From Planctopirus limnophila DSM 3776 (lineage in GTDB: Bacteria > Planctomycetota > Planctomycetia > Planctomycetales > Planctomycetaceae), in NCBI RefSeq assembly GCF_000092105.1, contig NC_014148.1:1440001-1472000 (forward strand): a DNA stretch of 32,000 nt, given 5' to 3'. Under the pieces are notes generated by a model that made no database searches, was not told the origin of the DNA, and saw only the letters and a program-made list of their open reading frames with translations. Shown here one piece after another: positions 1-9,408 of this stretch. The translations under genes and the position numbers were made by a program. Every line of letters starts with the position of its first letter. Within the stretch, counting starts at the first letter, position 1.

Positions 1-1
1 T

Positions 2-883
2 ATTCTGCACCTCATTGAGTTGCCCCAGGCCCAGGGGGCTTTGGATGGCATTCACATGGAACTGGATGACTGTGCCTTCGCGACTCTGGCGGGCGTCGAA
101 AAGTTTTCGAGTGACAATCTCGAACTGGCTTTCAAAGATGTCGATTGGGTGCTGTGCATTGGTTCAATTCCTCGTGGAAAGGGGATGGAACGCAGCGATC
201 TGATTCGCATTAACGGCCCGATCTTCACCAATACTGGCAAGGCCATTAATGCAGCAGCCTCTCGCGATGTGAAGGTGCTGGTTGTGGGGAACCCCTGCAA
301 TACCAACTGCCTCATTGCCATGTCCCATGCTCCAGACATTCCCCGTGCAAATTGGTTCGCCATGACCCGTCTGGATCAGAACCGGGCAGCTTCACAACTG
401 GCCATTAAAGCCCAGCGTCCTGTGGCAGCCGTTCAGAACGTGGCGATCTGGGGCAATCACTCCGCCACTCAGTACCCGGATTTCATGAACGCCAAGATTG
501 ATGGGCAGCCAGCTTCTCAGGTCATTACTGATCATGAATGGCTGAAATCGACCTTTATCTCGACTGTCCAGCAACGCGGTGCTGCCGTGATTGCTGCCCG
601 TGGCGCTTCCAGCGCAGCCTCTGCAGCGAATGCTGCTCTTGATACCGTCAAGAGTCTGGTGAATCCTACACCGGCTGGAACCTGTATTTCAGCCGCCGTC
701 TTGAGCGATGGCAGCTACGGTGTCGAAGAAGGGATCATCAGCGGCTTCCCACTCTCCAGCGACGGCAAAAACTGGAAGATCATTCAGGGCTTCCAGGTGG
801 ATGAATTCAGCCGCTCGAAAATCGATGCGACCATCAACGAACTGAAGACCGAGCGGGACACTGTGAAAGATCTGCTCCCTTAA
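2..883 (+). CDS. mdh: malate dehydrogenase (LDH-like type-2 MDH), 5'-truncated by the window edge
   Basis: The frame is open from nt 2 (ILHLIELPQAQGALDG...), so the TTG at 20 is only the ORF-finder start. Family motifs are GNPCNTNCLIA and IWGNHSATQYPD. The TAA stop is at 881-883 and is followed by a strong hairpin terminator. Confidence 0.93.
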   Translation: MLHLIELPQAQGALDGIHMELDDCAFATLAGVEKFSSDNLELAFKDVDWVLCIGSIPRGKGMERSDLIRINGPIFTNTGKAINAAASRDVKVLVVGNPCNTNCLIAMSHAPDIPRANWFAMTRLDQNRAASQLAIKAQRPVAAVQNVAIWGNHSATQYPDFMNAKIDGQPASQVITDHEWLKSTFISTVQQRGAAVIAARGASSAASAANAALDTVKSLVNPTPAGTCISAAVLSDGSYGVEEGIISGFPLSSDGKNWKIIQGFQVDEFSRSKIDATINELKTERDTVKDLLP

Positions 884-928
884 CCGCCTCGGTGCTCTTT
901 CGATAAACAGAAGACTTCAACGTAAAAA

Positions 929-965
929 CCGGTCGATTGCCTCGAGGCAATCGACCGGTTTTTTT
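929..965. terminator. bidirectional rho-independent terminator between convergent mdh and glgA
   Basis: A perfect 13-bp stem ccggtcgattgcc / ggcaatcgaccgg has a 4-nt loop (tcga). It is flanked by AAAAA on the left and TTTTTTT on the right, so it reads as hairpin plus U-tract on both strands. Confidence 0.8.
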
Positions 966-993
966 GATGGATCGACCATGTCAACTGGTCGAA

Positions 994-2478
994 TCAATGA
1001 CCATGTGATCGCTTGAGGCAAGCCTGCTGGTAGGCGTTGAGATACTCTTGAGCACTCCGTTTCCATGACCAGTCACGTGTCATGCCGGTCTTCTGCAGTT
1101 TAAGCCAGGTGGTTTTGTCGAGGAAGTAACCCAGAGTTCGGCAGATCTGCCGGAAAAGAACTTCGCTTTTATATTCATAGAAGCTGAAGCCATTGGCTGT
1201 CCCTTTACCGAGATTTGCTTCGGTGACATCAATGACCGAATCGGCCAGGCCACCCACAGCTCTCACGATAGGAACAGTGCCATAAGCGAGGCTGTACATC
1301 TGATTGAGGCCGCAAGGCTCGAACTGGCTGGGCATCAGAAAAATGTCACTGCCGGCTTCAATCTGGTGCGAGAGCGCTTCGTCATAGCCAATCTTGACGG
1401 CGAATTTTTCGGGATGCTCTTTCGCGAGTGCCATCAATCCTTTTTCGAGGACAGGATCTCCCGTTCCCAGAAAGACACATTGCACATTCAAATCGGCCAG
1501 ATCGCGGGAACATCCCAGAATCAGGTCGAGGCCCTTTTGCGAAGTAATCCGACTGATCATTCCGAAGAGCGGAACATTCATGTGGACAGGGAGCCCCATC
1601 GCCTTTTGCAAGGCCACTTTACAGACGGGCTTACCGATGGACACTGTCGTGTGGTCGTAGTTCTCTGCAATGTAAGGATCGGTGGCTGGGTTCCAGACTT
1701 CTTCATCAATGCCATTGAGAATGCCGACCAGGTCTTCCCGGCGGGATGTCAGCACGCCATTGAGGCCATTACCGAATTCGGCCGTCTGAATTTCCCGGGC
1801 GTAAGTCGGGCTGACAGTCGTCAGCATGTCGGCAAAAGTGATCCCGGTTTTCAGCAGGTTGAGCTGTCCGTGGAACTCCATCTGTCGCCAGTTGAAGTAC
1901 TTCCAGTCGAGACCTGTGAGTACCATATCCCAGTGCCAGAACTGGCCTTGAAAAGCCATATTATGGATGGTGTAAATGCTGGCGGTGCGCTCGAGGCCGT
2001 AGCGATGCCCTTCAATTTTCAATAAGGCAGGAACGAGCCCCGTCTGCCAGTCGTTGGCGTGGATCACATCCGGACGAATGTCAAACTTGCGGCAGATTTC
2101 GAGAACGGCGCGACTGAGAAACACAAATCGTTCGCAACTGTCCCGATAATCGCCCTGGGCATCTCCATAAAGGCCGGGGCGATCAAAATAATCCGGTTGA
2201 TCGACAAGAAAAACTCGAACGGATGTTCCGGGAATGCGGGATTCGAGGATTCGAGCAGTCACATCGTTATGACCGATGGTAATGGTGATCGACTGCTCTG
2301 TGGATTGAATCTGCTTGGCCAACCCGTTCAGTTCAGCCTGCTGCGGATAATAAGGCGTAATGAGCCAGAGTTCGTGCCCGAGAGCAGCCAAAGCCTTGGG
2401 TAAAGCCGATGAAACATCAGCCAACCCCCCGGTTTTCGAGAAAGGGACAGCTTCAGAACTGGTCAAAACAATCCGCAT
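994..2478 (-). CDS. glgA: glycogen synthase (ADP-glucose type, GT5)
   Basis: ATG start, 494 aa. The N-terminus MRIVLTSSEAVPFSKTGGLADV carries the KTGGL signature. Also present are HANDWQTGLVP and the C-terminal GT-B region SQFEPCGLNQMYSLAYGTVPIVRAVGGLADSV. Confidence 0.93.
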   Translation of the reverse strand: MRIVLTSSEAVPFSKTGGLADVSSALPKALAALGHELWLITPYYPQQAELNGLAKQIQSTEQSITITIGHNDVTARILESRIPGTSVRVFLVDQPDYFDRPGLYGDAQGDYRDSCERFVFLSRAVLEICRKFDIRPDVIHANDWQTGLVPALLKIEGHRYGLERTASIYTIHNMAFQGQFWHWDMVLTGLDWKYFNWRQMEFHGQLNLLKTGITFADMLTTVSPTYAREIQTAEFGNGLNGVLTSRREDLVGILNGIDEEVWNPATDPYIAENYDHTTVSIGKPVCKVALQKAMGLPVHMNVPLFGMISRITSQKGLDLILGCSRDLADLNVQCVFLGTGDPVLEKGLMALAKEHPEKFAVKIGYDEALSHQIEAGSDIFLMPSQFEPCGLNQMYSLAYGTVPIVRAVGGLADSVIDVTEANLGKGTANGFSFYEYKSEVLFRQICRTLGYFLDKTTWLKLQKTGMTRDWSWKRSAQEYLNAYQQACLKRSHGH

Positions 2479-2708
2479 GAGAAAACATCCGTCGGTGACG
2501 CATCTGAAGTTGTCGGGCCCACCCGCATGAGAAATCGCAGCAATTGGGCCAGTTCATACAGGAAATCATCGAAACAGTACGTCGAGGTTCGAGCAACTGC
2601 AACCCGATCCTGCTCAATCAGCCCAGTATTCAACAGACATCTTTTCGTCTTATACCAGATTGACAACCTCAGGCTGTGATTGACTCTAACCTATCCCGGA
2701 AGATTGAC

Positions 2709-3425
2709 CTAAGTCGCATCACCCATATCATCGCCCGTGTAATGCTCGTAGAAGAGTCGGCCGATCTCTTCACTCAGACGGGTCATATACAGTGCTTTGA
2801 AGTTGGAAAGTGTTTCGTCGGCAGCGCTTTTGGGCTGATAGAGCGGGTACTTGGAGATGATTTCTTTACTGAAGATCTTTTCACCCGCTTCAAACGATTC
2901 GTCCATCTTCCAGACACTGACGATCGCTTCGGAACGTCCGCGGTAAAGCGAGGCACTTCCTTCTTCGTACAGCGAGAAGGCCTTGAGATCGATGTAGACG
3001 ACGTACCTCGCCTTGAAAGCCGCACCGATTTCTTCCGCACGATCCCAATCGGGATTCTGATCGAGCCAGGCTTTGACGTAATCGGGAGGAACGGTTTTGA
3101 TCTTGTGAGAGTCGAGCCGGAAGGTCACAAACTTGCTGACTTCAAGGTGAATGTCTTCAAAACTGAAGCGCACTTCCTTGGGGGCATAACAAACGACGGC
3201 AACCTTCACGTCTTTATCAGTCATCGACTCTTTGGTCATGGCATCGAACTCAGGTTCGATGGAGGGTGGCCCACCAATCAGATAGCCAATCATGACCACG
3301 TAATTGCAACCATGAAACAGCAGACATGCTGTGAGTGCGCAGACCATGGCTGTCAGCCGCATGCGCGAAGAACGCCTGGCAATCGCGGTATGGGCATCGG
3401 ACTGATTTTTCATCCAGGTTTTCAT
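2709..3425 (-). CDS. lipoprotein of unknown function (paralog A of a tandem pair)
   Basis: The signal has an RR motif followed by a lipobox (..ARRSSRMRLTAMVCALTACLLFHG|C). It is colinear with, and similar to, the upstream ORF at 3492-4193. Alternative ATG starts are at 3488, 3413 and 3362; I chose 3425 to retain the RR-containing n-region that the paralog also has. Confidence 0.65.
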   Translation of the reverse strand: MKTWMKNQSDAHTAIARRSSRMRLTAMVCALTACLLFHGCNYVVMIGYLIGGPPSIEPEFDAMTKESMTDKDVKVAVVCYAPKEVRFSFEDIHLEVSKFVTFRLDSHKIKTVPPDYVKAWLDQNPDWDRAEEIGAAFKARYVVYIDLKAFSLYEEGSASLYRGRSEAIVSVWKMDESFEAGEKIFSKEIISKYPLYQPKSAADETLSNFKALYMTRLSEEIGRLFYEHYTGDDMGDAT

Positions 3426-3491
3426 GGCAGACCCCGGCAATATGGAATCGAGAGCAAGACGACAGAAAAATTCTGCACCATCACACATCGA

Positions 3492-4193
3492 TCAAAGTGT
3501 GTCGTTCAAAGACTTATCAAAGAAAATTTCGCCCAGCATCTCGCTGACGCGATCCAGGTACTCTTTCTGAAAGACCAGCGCAGATCGTCCGTTTTCAGAA
3601 ATGGGCTGGTGTTCGGGATAGGTCGAGTTGAACTCAGTCGTGAAAATCTGACTGGGAAACTTTCTCCCCCCCAGATCCTGCACTTCGAAAGCACTGACCT
3701 CGGCCAACATTCTTCCCCGATGCAAACGCGGGGCATTATCTTCTGTCGTCTGGAATCGATGGACGTTCACCCAGGCAATGTAATTGGTTTCGATATCCTG
3801 ACTGATGTCTGTCAGATCACCATCGATGCCGCCATGGTCATCCAGCCATTTCGTGATCTTCTTCGGATCGACGGCATCGACCTTGCGACGCTTCATGCGG
3901 CGGGTAATTCCGTCAATCAGGTCATACTCGAGGGACGAATTTTCCTGTTTGAGATCTGCCGGTGTCGAGCAGACCACCATGATTTTGTGTTTCCCTTTGG
4001 TGAGATCGATCCCCGTCATGGCCTTAAAGCGGCATGTATGCTTAGGGTCTCCCTGCACCATTTTTCCGGCCATCACAAAGAGTGAACAACCCGGAGCTGA
4101 ACCAATCGCGGCCAGAACGCTGAATCCCAGTGCAGTTCGCATCCATTCGCGACGCGAAGAACCAGTCGCACATGTTCGTGCTGTGTTGTCCAT
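3492..4193 (-). CDS. lipoprotein of unknown function (paralog B of a tandem pair)
   Basis: The ATG at 4193 is preceded by GGAGG (complement of 4202-4206) with an 8-nt spacer. The Tat-like n-region plus lipobox reads GSSRREWMRTALGFSVLAAIGSAPG|C. The ORF-finder start at 4208 is a GTG only 5 codons upstream. Confidence 0.7.
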   Translation of the reverse strand: MDNTARTCATGSSRREWMRTALGFSVLAAIGSAPGCSLFVMAGKMVQGDPKHTCRFKAMTGIDLTKGKHKIMVVCSTPADLKQENSSLEYDLIDGITRRMKRRKVDAVDPKKITKWLDDHGGIDGDLTDISQDIETNYIAWVNVHRFQTTEDNAPRLHRGRMLAEVSAFEVQDLGGRKFPSQIFTTEFNSTYPEHQPISENGRSALVFQKEYLDRVSEMLGEIFFDKSLNDTL

Positions 4194-4359
4194 CAAGGGG
4201 ACCTCCACATTATGGAATTCGATGAGGTAACGATCCGTTGGCCATGACTGACCTCAAGTCGTCATCAAGAATTCGGGATTTTTGATTCAGAAAAGAAAGG
4301 CGAGGTGAATTCAGCGAGGAAAGGCGGAAGGGCAAAAGGCAGGAAACCAACGATGGGAC

Positions 4360-4824
4360 TCAGAAACCACTCCAGTAGATCCAGGCAATTCGTCCTACCC
4401 AGTTCAAGAGAATGATTCCCAGTACCACAAACGAAATCACAGCAAACACTTCGAGGTAATCACTGGTCAAGCATGAAACTCCTCGAATCACACTGACCAG
4501 AATCCAGACCGTTGTTATCAAGGCGAAGAATGCGAGACAGAGACCTCCCGGATGACATCGGGCGGCATCAATCCATTCCAATCTGACAAAATGGGAAAAA
4601 CAGGTCGTCATGCCACAGGCAGGACAAGGGAGACCAGACAAGGCGAGAAAGTAACAGGGGGGGAAACCAAGTTGTTGATGAGTTCCCACCCCGGAAGGGT
4701 GAGGCTTCAAAAAGGCGGCAAGTGTAAAACCACTGATCAGCAGAACTGCAGCCAACAGCAGCAGCACTCGATGAGTGTTCGACAGGCGGTGAGGCGGAGA
4801 AAGACGGGAAATGAATCTGTACAC
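4360..4824 (-). CDS. DUF2752-family small membrane protein
   Basis: 154 aa with a GTG start and four hydrophobic segments. The motif CYFLALSGLPCPACGMTTCF matches the DUF2752 signature (C..f..tGlpCPgCGmT). Confidence 0.65.
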   Translation of the reverse strand: MYRFISRLSPPHRLSNTHRVLLLLAAVLLISGFTLAAFLKPHPSGVGTHQQLGFPPCYFLALSGLPCPACGMTTCFSHFVRLEWIDAARCHPGGLCLAFFALITTVWILVSVIRGVSCLTSDYLEVFAVISFVVLGIILLNWVGRIAWIYWSGF

Positions 4825-5203
4825 GTTTGAGTGGCTATGTAGTTTCTTATGACAACTGCTGCAAGGCGTGGTTTATCGGCGGATTCTGCATCTCCCGGCA
4901 TCATCGGTCTTCAGCACTGACAGTTATAGCTTGTCTGAGCATGGCAAAACACCTCGGGATTTCGCCATTTTCTGTTTTGGTTCAAGACGTTGCGTCAATT
5001 CAAAGCAGCGAAAACTCGCTCTTGGGAACCGCTTCTCAGCGAAACCCGACTGGACAGACTTCAGCCTTTTTCATAACAACACCACGGAATTCTCAAAGTT
5101 CTTTCATCCATCGACAGAGAACTCGTCACCTGGTTGATCCCGGCTTGCCGGACTCCCTTCGTTTTCAGTTTTTGTCAGCCCCTATTCACTCCTGGAGTAT
5201 CAC

Positions 5204-7357
5204 ATGCCCGCACCTCGCGCTCAGAATCTGCGCGACGCCGGGAATTTCGCGCAGAGTCTGCTCATGCCAGGCCTGTTCGTCATGTCGATTCTGGTGATCA
5301 TTGCACCCTTACCACCCGTGGTGCTCGACGTCCTGCTGGCGGGGAACATTACGCTGGCGGTGGTGATTCTGCTGACGACCATTTACGTCTCGAAGCCGCT
5401 CGATTTCAGTGTTTTCCCATCACTATTACTGGGGACAACCCTGGCGCGGCTGGTGCTGAACGTGGCCTCGACACGTTTGATTCTTACACGGGCCAACATC
5501 GATGGAACCAGTGCGGCAGGCGAGGTGATTGAAGCCTTTGGCGAGTTTGTTGCCGGCGGACAACTAGTCGTAGGCATCATTCTCTTCGTGATTCTCGTCG
5601 TGATTCAGTTTGTCGTCATCACCAAGGGCTCCAGCCGCATCAGCGAAGTGGCGGCTCGCTTTGCTCTGGATGGAATGCCCGGCAAGCAGATGGCGATCGA
5701 TGCTGATCTCAATGCCGGTGCCATCACACAAGAGGTGGCCAAAGCGCGGCGTCTGGAAATCACACAGCAAGCCGACTTTTATGGCGCTATGGACGGTGCA
5801 GGCAAGTTTGTCCGTGGCGATGCCATTGCAGGTATTATCATCACGCTGATTAATGTTCTGGGTGGAATCATCATTGGCATGTTCATGCACAGCATGCCGT
5901 TTGAGGAAGCGATCAAAGTCTACACAACCTTGACCATTGGCGATGGACTGGTTTCCCAGGTACCGGCCTTTCTCATCTCGCTGGCTTCTGGCCTGCTGGT
6001 GACTCGCTCCAGCAGTGAATCAAATCTTTCCAAAGAAACTCTTAGCCAGCTTTTTCGGCACAGCGAGACACTTTTTGTGTCGAGTGCCTTTGTCGGCGCC
6101 ATGGCGTTTACAGGCCTGCCGATGATGCCTCTGCTTTCATTAAGTTTGGCACTGGCCGTCGCAGGCTACTTTCTGCGTTCCTCCCAGGAGAAAGGGAAGC
6201 TGCAAAAAGCCCAGGCAGAAACACAAGAAGCAGCCGCAGCGAAACCGCAGCCTCGTCCGGAAGATCATCTGGGTGTTGAACCACTGGAAGTCGAACTGGG
6301 CTTTGGCCTGATCCGCCTTGCCGACCCGGCTTCCAATGGAGATCTTCTCGATCGAGTCACGCGAGTCCGCAATAAGATCGCTCAGGAACTGGGGCTTGTT
6401 CTTCCCAAGATTCGTATTCGCGATAATGTTCGCCTGGAACAGAACGAATATCAGATCAAACTGAAAGATACGCCCATTGCCTGGGGTGCCGTTTATCCCA
6501 CCGGGTTAATGGCCATCGATACCGGTTTAACGACTGGCCGCATTCCGGGTATGGATGCCCGCGATCCGGCTTTTGACCGACCTGCCGTCTGGATTGAACC
6601 TTCACAGAATGAACGCGCCCAACTGCTGGGCTACAGCGTTGTGGAACCGGCAGCTGTGATCGTCACACATCTGACAGAGATTGTTCGCTCGTATGCTGAC
6701 GAGTTACTTTCCCGTCAACAGGTTCATCAACTGATCGACACACTCAAAGGCAAAGCCCCCAAACTGCTTGAAGACCTCGTGCCTGATGTCCTCAAGATCG
6801 GTGTGATTCATCAGGTTCTGGCAAACCTGCTCCGGGAAAGAATCCCGATCAAGGATCTGGAAACCATTCTGGAAACGTTAGGAGATTACATCGATCGCAC
6901 GAAGGATATTGCCATTTTGACGGAATACGTGCGACATTCTTTGAGCCGCACCATCTGTCAGCAATATCGCGATTCACAGCGTACGTTGCATGTCGTGACG
7001 TTAGAACCTGCCGTCGAAGATACGTTGTCGGCCGGGATTGAATTCACCGAACGCGGCATGCTGGTCAAGCTCTCGCCTCAGATCGTGGAGTCGTTTACTC
7101 AGGAACTGGCAAAGCAACTGGAAAAACTGGTGCAATTTGGCCGGCCACCCGTGCTGTTGTGCGGCCCGCAATTGCGTGCCGGTGTGCGACAGATGACGTC
7201 CAGCACCTTACCACGACTGGCTGTGATCAGTCTGAACGAAATCACGCGGGATACGGCTGTCGAACCTCATGGTGTGATCGGTATTGCTGCCATCAGACCA
7301 GCCAGACCCACCATGATGCCTGCTCCACAGGCCGATTTGACAGGAGCCAGGCGATGA
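5204..7357 (+). CDS. flhA: flagellar type III export apparatus protein FlhA
   Basis: ATG with GGAG 7 nt upstream, 717 aa. The N-terminal TM domain has FPSLLLGTTLARLVLNVASTRLIL, FVVITKGSSRISEVAARFALDGMPGKQMAIDADL and FYGAMDGAGKFVRGDAIAG. The C-terminal cytoplasmic domain is typical of FlhA/InvA. Confidence 0.95.
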   Translation: MPAPRAQNLRDAGNFAQSLLMPGLFVMSILVIIAPLPPVVLDVLLAGNITLAVVILLTTIYVSKPLDFSVFPSLLLGTTLARLVLNVASTRLILTRANIDGTSAAGEVIEAFGEFVAGGQLVVGIILFVILVVIQFVVITKGSSRISEVAARFALDGMPGKQMAIDADLNAGAITQEVAKARRLEITQQADFYGAMDGAGKFVRGDAIAGIIITLINVLGGIIIGMFMHSMPFEEAIKVYTTLTIGDGLVSQVPAFLISLASGLLVTRSSSESNLSKETLSQLFRHSETLFVSSAFVGAMAFTGLPMMPLLSLSLALAVAGYFLRSSQEKGKLQKAQAETQEAAAAKPQPRPEDHLGVEPLEVELGFGLIRLADPASNGDLLDRVTRVRNKIAQELGLVLPKIRIRDNVRLEQNEYQIKLKDTPIAWGAVYPTGLMAIDTGLTTGRIPGMDARDPAFDRPAVWIEPSQNERAQLLGYSVVEPAAVIVTHLTEIVRSYADELLSRQQVHQLIDTLKGKAPKLLEDLVPDVLKIGVIHQVLANLLRERIPIKDLETILETLGDYIDRTKDIAILTEYVRHSLSRTICQQYRDSQRTLHVVTLEPAVEDTLSAGIEFTERGMLVKLSPQIVESFTQELAKQLEKLVQFGRPPVLLCGPQLRAGVRQMTSSTLPRLAVISLNEITRDTAVEPHGVIGIAAIRPARPTMMPAPQADLTGARR

Positions 7358-7451
7358 GAACGACCCCTTGTTTATCAGCCGTCATGACTGATCAAATGAA
7401 TTTGAGAGTGCAAACTTCTTTAACCCGTTGTGGTGTTGCCGGAGGGCTTGT

Positions 7452-9332
7452 ATGAATCGGGACATTCGCGTCTATCGTGCCGCGACGCTCGACGATGCTC
7501 TCGAGCAGGCCTATCGGGAACTGGGGACTGAGGCGACGATTCTGCATACACGGCAGATCGAACATCGCTCGTGGCTTCCCTTTGGACGTACCAATAGCGA
7601 AGTAGAAATCACCGCCACCAGCCAACCTCAGCCGGTTGTGACAAAACCAGGCAATACTCCTCCAAAACCTAAGTCGACCGCCACTCGGCCCACTCCGCGA
7701 CCCTTGGATGAAACATTAGCCAGTCCACCGCCACTTCTGGGTGTCGGGCCATCAGCAGCTCGATCCCTAGAAGCGGAACTCAAGAAGCGTACCAGCGGTC
7801 CACTGAGCCATCCTTCTTCACCGGCAGTTGGCAGCCCGCGGCCTGGCACATCGACTCATGATGTCCGTTCAACGGGAAATGGCCGGGGGATGGGTCATCA
7901 ACCAGAAAAGCCAAACACCAAGGTCACACCACCGATTCAGGGGAATTCACAGCCGTCTGCGACGACAGGCTCGGTTCAGAATCCACCTTCTCATCTGGAA
8001 ACTACGACGTCGCCACGTCGGACGCCTTTGCCAACACGCGTGACGCCTCCTTCAAATTCGCCCGCTCTCACGCCTGCGCCCAGAGGGCTGGGTCGCTGGC
8101 AACCACGGCAGAATTCTGAACAATCGCCAGTTGATCCCAATCCCGGTGAAACGAGTCCAGCCGCTCGCGATCAGCAGCAGGACCAGTCGTCTCCAGCGAA
8201 GGATGTCAGGCAATCAGCACCCGAACCGACCGTTTCGACAACACATTCCTCTCTGGCGTCCGGTGTGGAGTTACCAGCTGAGCCAGTCTCGCTCTTGCCA
8301 GCCTACGAACCTTCGGGATTAACTCTGCCAGGTGCGCGCATTGAAAAACCAGCGGTGTTGACCACGGCAGATGCTGTCCATGACTCCCAATGGTGGCAGA
8401 TCGATCAGCGGCTCCATGAAACTCAAAAGAGTCTCGAACAATTCAAGACAAGTTCGATGAATCGCCTGCATGAAGGGCGGGAAGTCGAATCAACCAGTTG
8501 GCATCACCTGGTGAATCAGACAGGCCTGCCAGAGAATATCGCCCGGAAACTGTTAAAAAAGCTCGCTTGCCTGGCCACTCCCAAAGAATTGACTGATCCA
8601 CAGGCCTCCCGGTTACTGTTGTTGAGCCTGATTGAGCAGGAATTGAATCTTTCCAGACCTGTGCAAATTGCACCGGGTACTCCACATGTTGTCGCATTGG
8701 TGGGCCCGACGGGAGTTGGGAAAACAACCACGCTGGCAAAGCTGGCAGCCCAGGCACGGCTGCGTGAGCATCGAAAAGTCGGCCTCATTACTGTGGATAC
8801 CTTTCGAATTGCCGCCGTTGAACAACTCAAGACATATGCCGAGATTATGGAACTCCCGATGCGTGTGGTTTCATCGCCTGCAGAAATGCGAAGTGCGATG
8901 GATGACTACGCGACGATGGATCTGGTCCTCATCGATACGTCTGGCAGAAGTCCTTACGATGAACTGAAGAATCAGGAACTCAAGGCGATTCTGGCAGAAG
9001 CCCATGCACACGAAATTCACTTGTGCATCAGTATGGCAAGCGATCCGCGTTCAACCACGATGATTGCTTCGAAGTTCATCACAATCGGTGCCAATCAGCT
9101 CATCCTGACAAAACTCGATGAGATTCAGGATTATGGTGCCGTCCTGGCCACCAATCTGAATTCCACTCTGCCACTTTCTTATCTGACAACAGGCCAGGAA
9201 GTTCCCGATCACCTGGAGCGAGCGGCCGCTTCGCGGATTGCCCGACTGATTCTCTCTGCGGAACCACTGCGCCCATCGATTCTCGCAACAAGTTCGATTA
9301 CGACAACCAATGCCTATGCCTCTCCCGTCTGA
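7452..9332 (+). CDS. flhF: flagellar biosynthesis SRP-type GTPase FlhF, with a long low-complexity linker
   Basis: The ATG at 7452 is preceded by GGAGGG (7441-7446). The NG domain carries GPTGVGKTTTLAKLAA (G1), DTSGRS (G3) and LTKLDE (G4). The ORF-finder start at 7428 is 8 codons upstream and lacks an SD. Confidence 0.9.
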   Translation: MNRDIRVYRAATLDDALEQAYRELGTEATILHTRQIEHRSWLPFGRTNSEVEITATSQPQPVVTKPGNTPPKPKSTATRPTPRPLDETLASPPPLLGVGPSAARSLEAELKKRTSGPLSHPSSPAVGSPRPGTSTHDVRSTGNGRGMGHQPEKPNTKVTPPIQGNSQPSATTGSVQNPPSHLETTTSPRRTPLPTRVTPPSNSPALTPAPRGLGRWQPRQNSEQSPVDPNPGETSPAARDQQQDQSSPAKDVRQSAPEPTVSTTHSSLASGVELPAEPVSLLPAYEPSGLTLPGARIEKPAVLTTADAVHDSQWWQIDQRLHETQKSLEQFKTSSMNRLHEGREVESTSWHHLVNQTGLPENIARKLLKKLACLATPKELTDPQASRLLLLSLIEQELNLSRPVQIAPGTPHVVALVGPTGVGKTTTLAKLAAQARLREHRKVGLITVDTFRIAAVEQLKTYAEIMELPMRVVSSPAEMRSAMDDYATMDLVLIDTSGRSPYDELKNQELKAILAEAHAHEIHLCISMASDPRSTTMIASKFITIGANQLILTKLDEIQDYGAVLATNLNSTLPLSYLTTGQEVPDHLERAAASRIARLILSAEPLRPSILATSSITTTNAYASPV

Positions 9333-9408
9333 ACAAGATCTGCCACCAGCGAATCATCCATTTTCAGTAAGTTCCATCCCGCCCCGCTTCCTCATCATTC
9401 GATAGCCC

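Noticed and set aside
2641-2660. An extended -10-like box (TGGTATAAG on the minus strand, complement of 2649-2657) as a glgA promoter.
   Set aside because: There is no acceptable -35 at 17 nt spacing, and planctomycete promoter consensus is not established. The evidence is too weak to list as a feature.
2676-4085. A 469-aa stop-free plus-strand ORF spanning both lipoprotein genes and their junction.
   Set aside because: The ORF is codon-phase-aligned antisense to both minus-strand genes. It is open simply because those genes contain no in-phase TTA, CTA or TCA codons between 2709 and 4082. Its translation is F/D/R/G/H-rich with no signal, motif or SD. The minus-strand products, by contrast, have lipoboxes, an SD and mutual paralogy. 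The length is still an outlier, so ribosome profiling would settle it.
4825-5203. Sigma-54 (TGGCAC-N5-TTGC) or sigma-28 (TAAA-N15-GCCGATAA) promoters upstream of flhA. ORFs 4827-5297 and 4868-5137 were also considered.
   Set aside because: The nearest sigma-54-like string (TGGTTGATCCCGGCTTGC, about 5132-5149) has spacing 3 nt too long, and I found no GCCGATAA-like box. The two ORFs overlap the flhA start, are Ser/Arg/Cys-rich and lack SDs.
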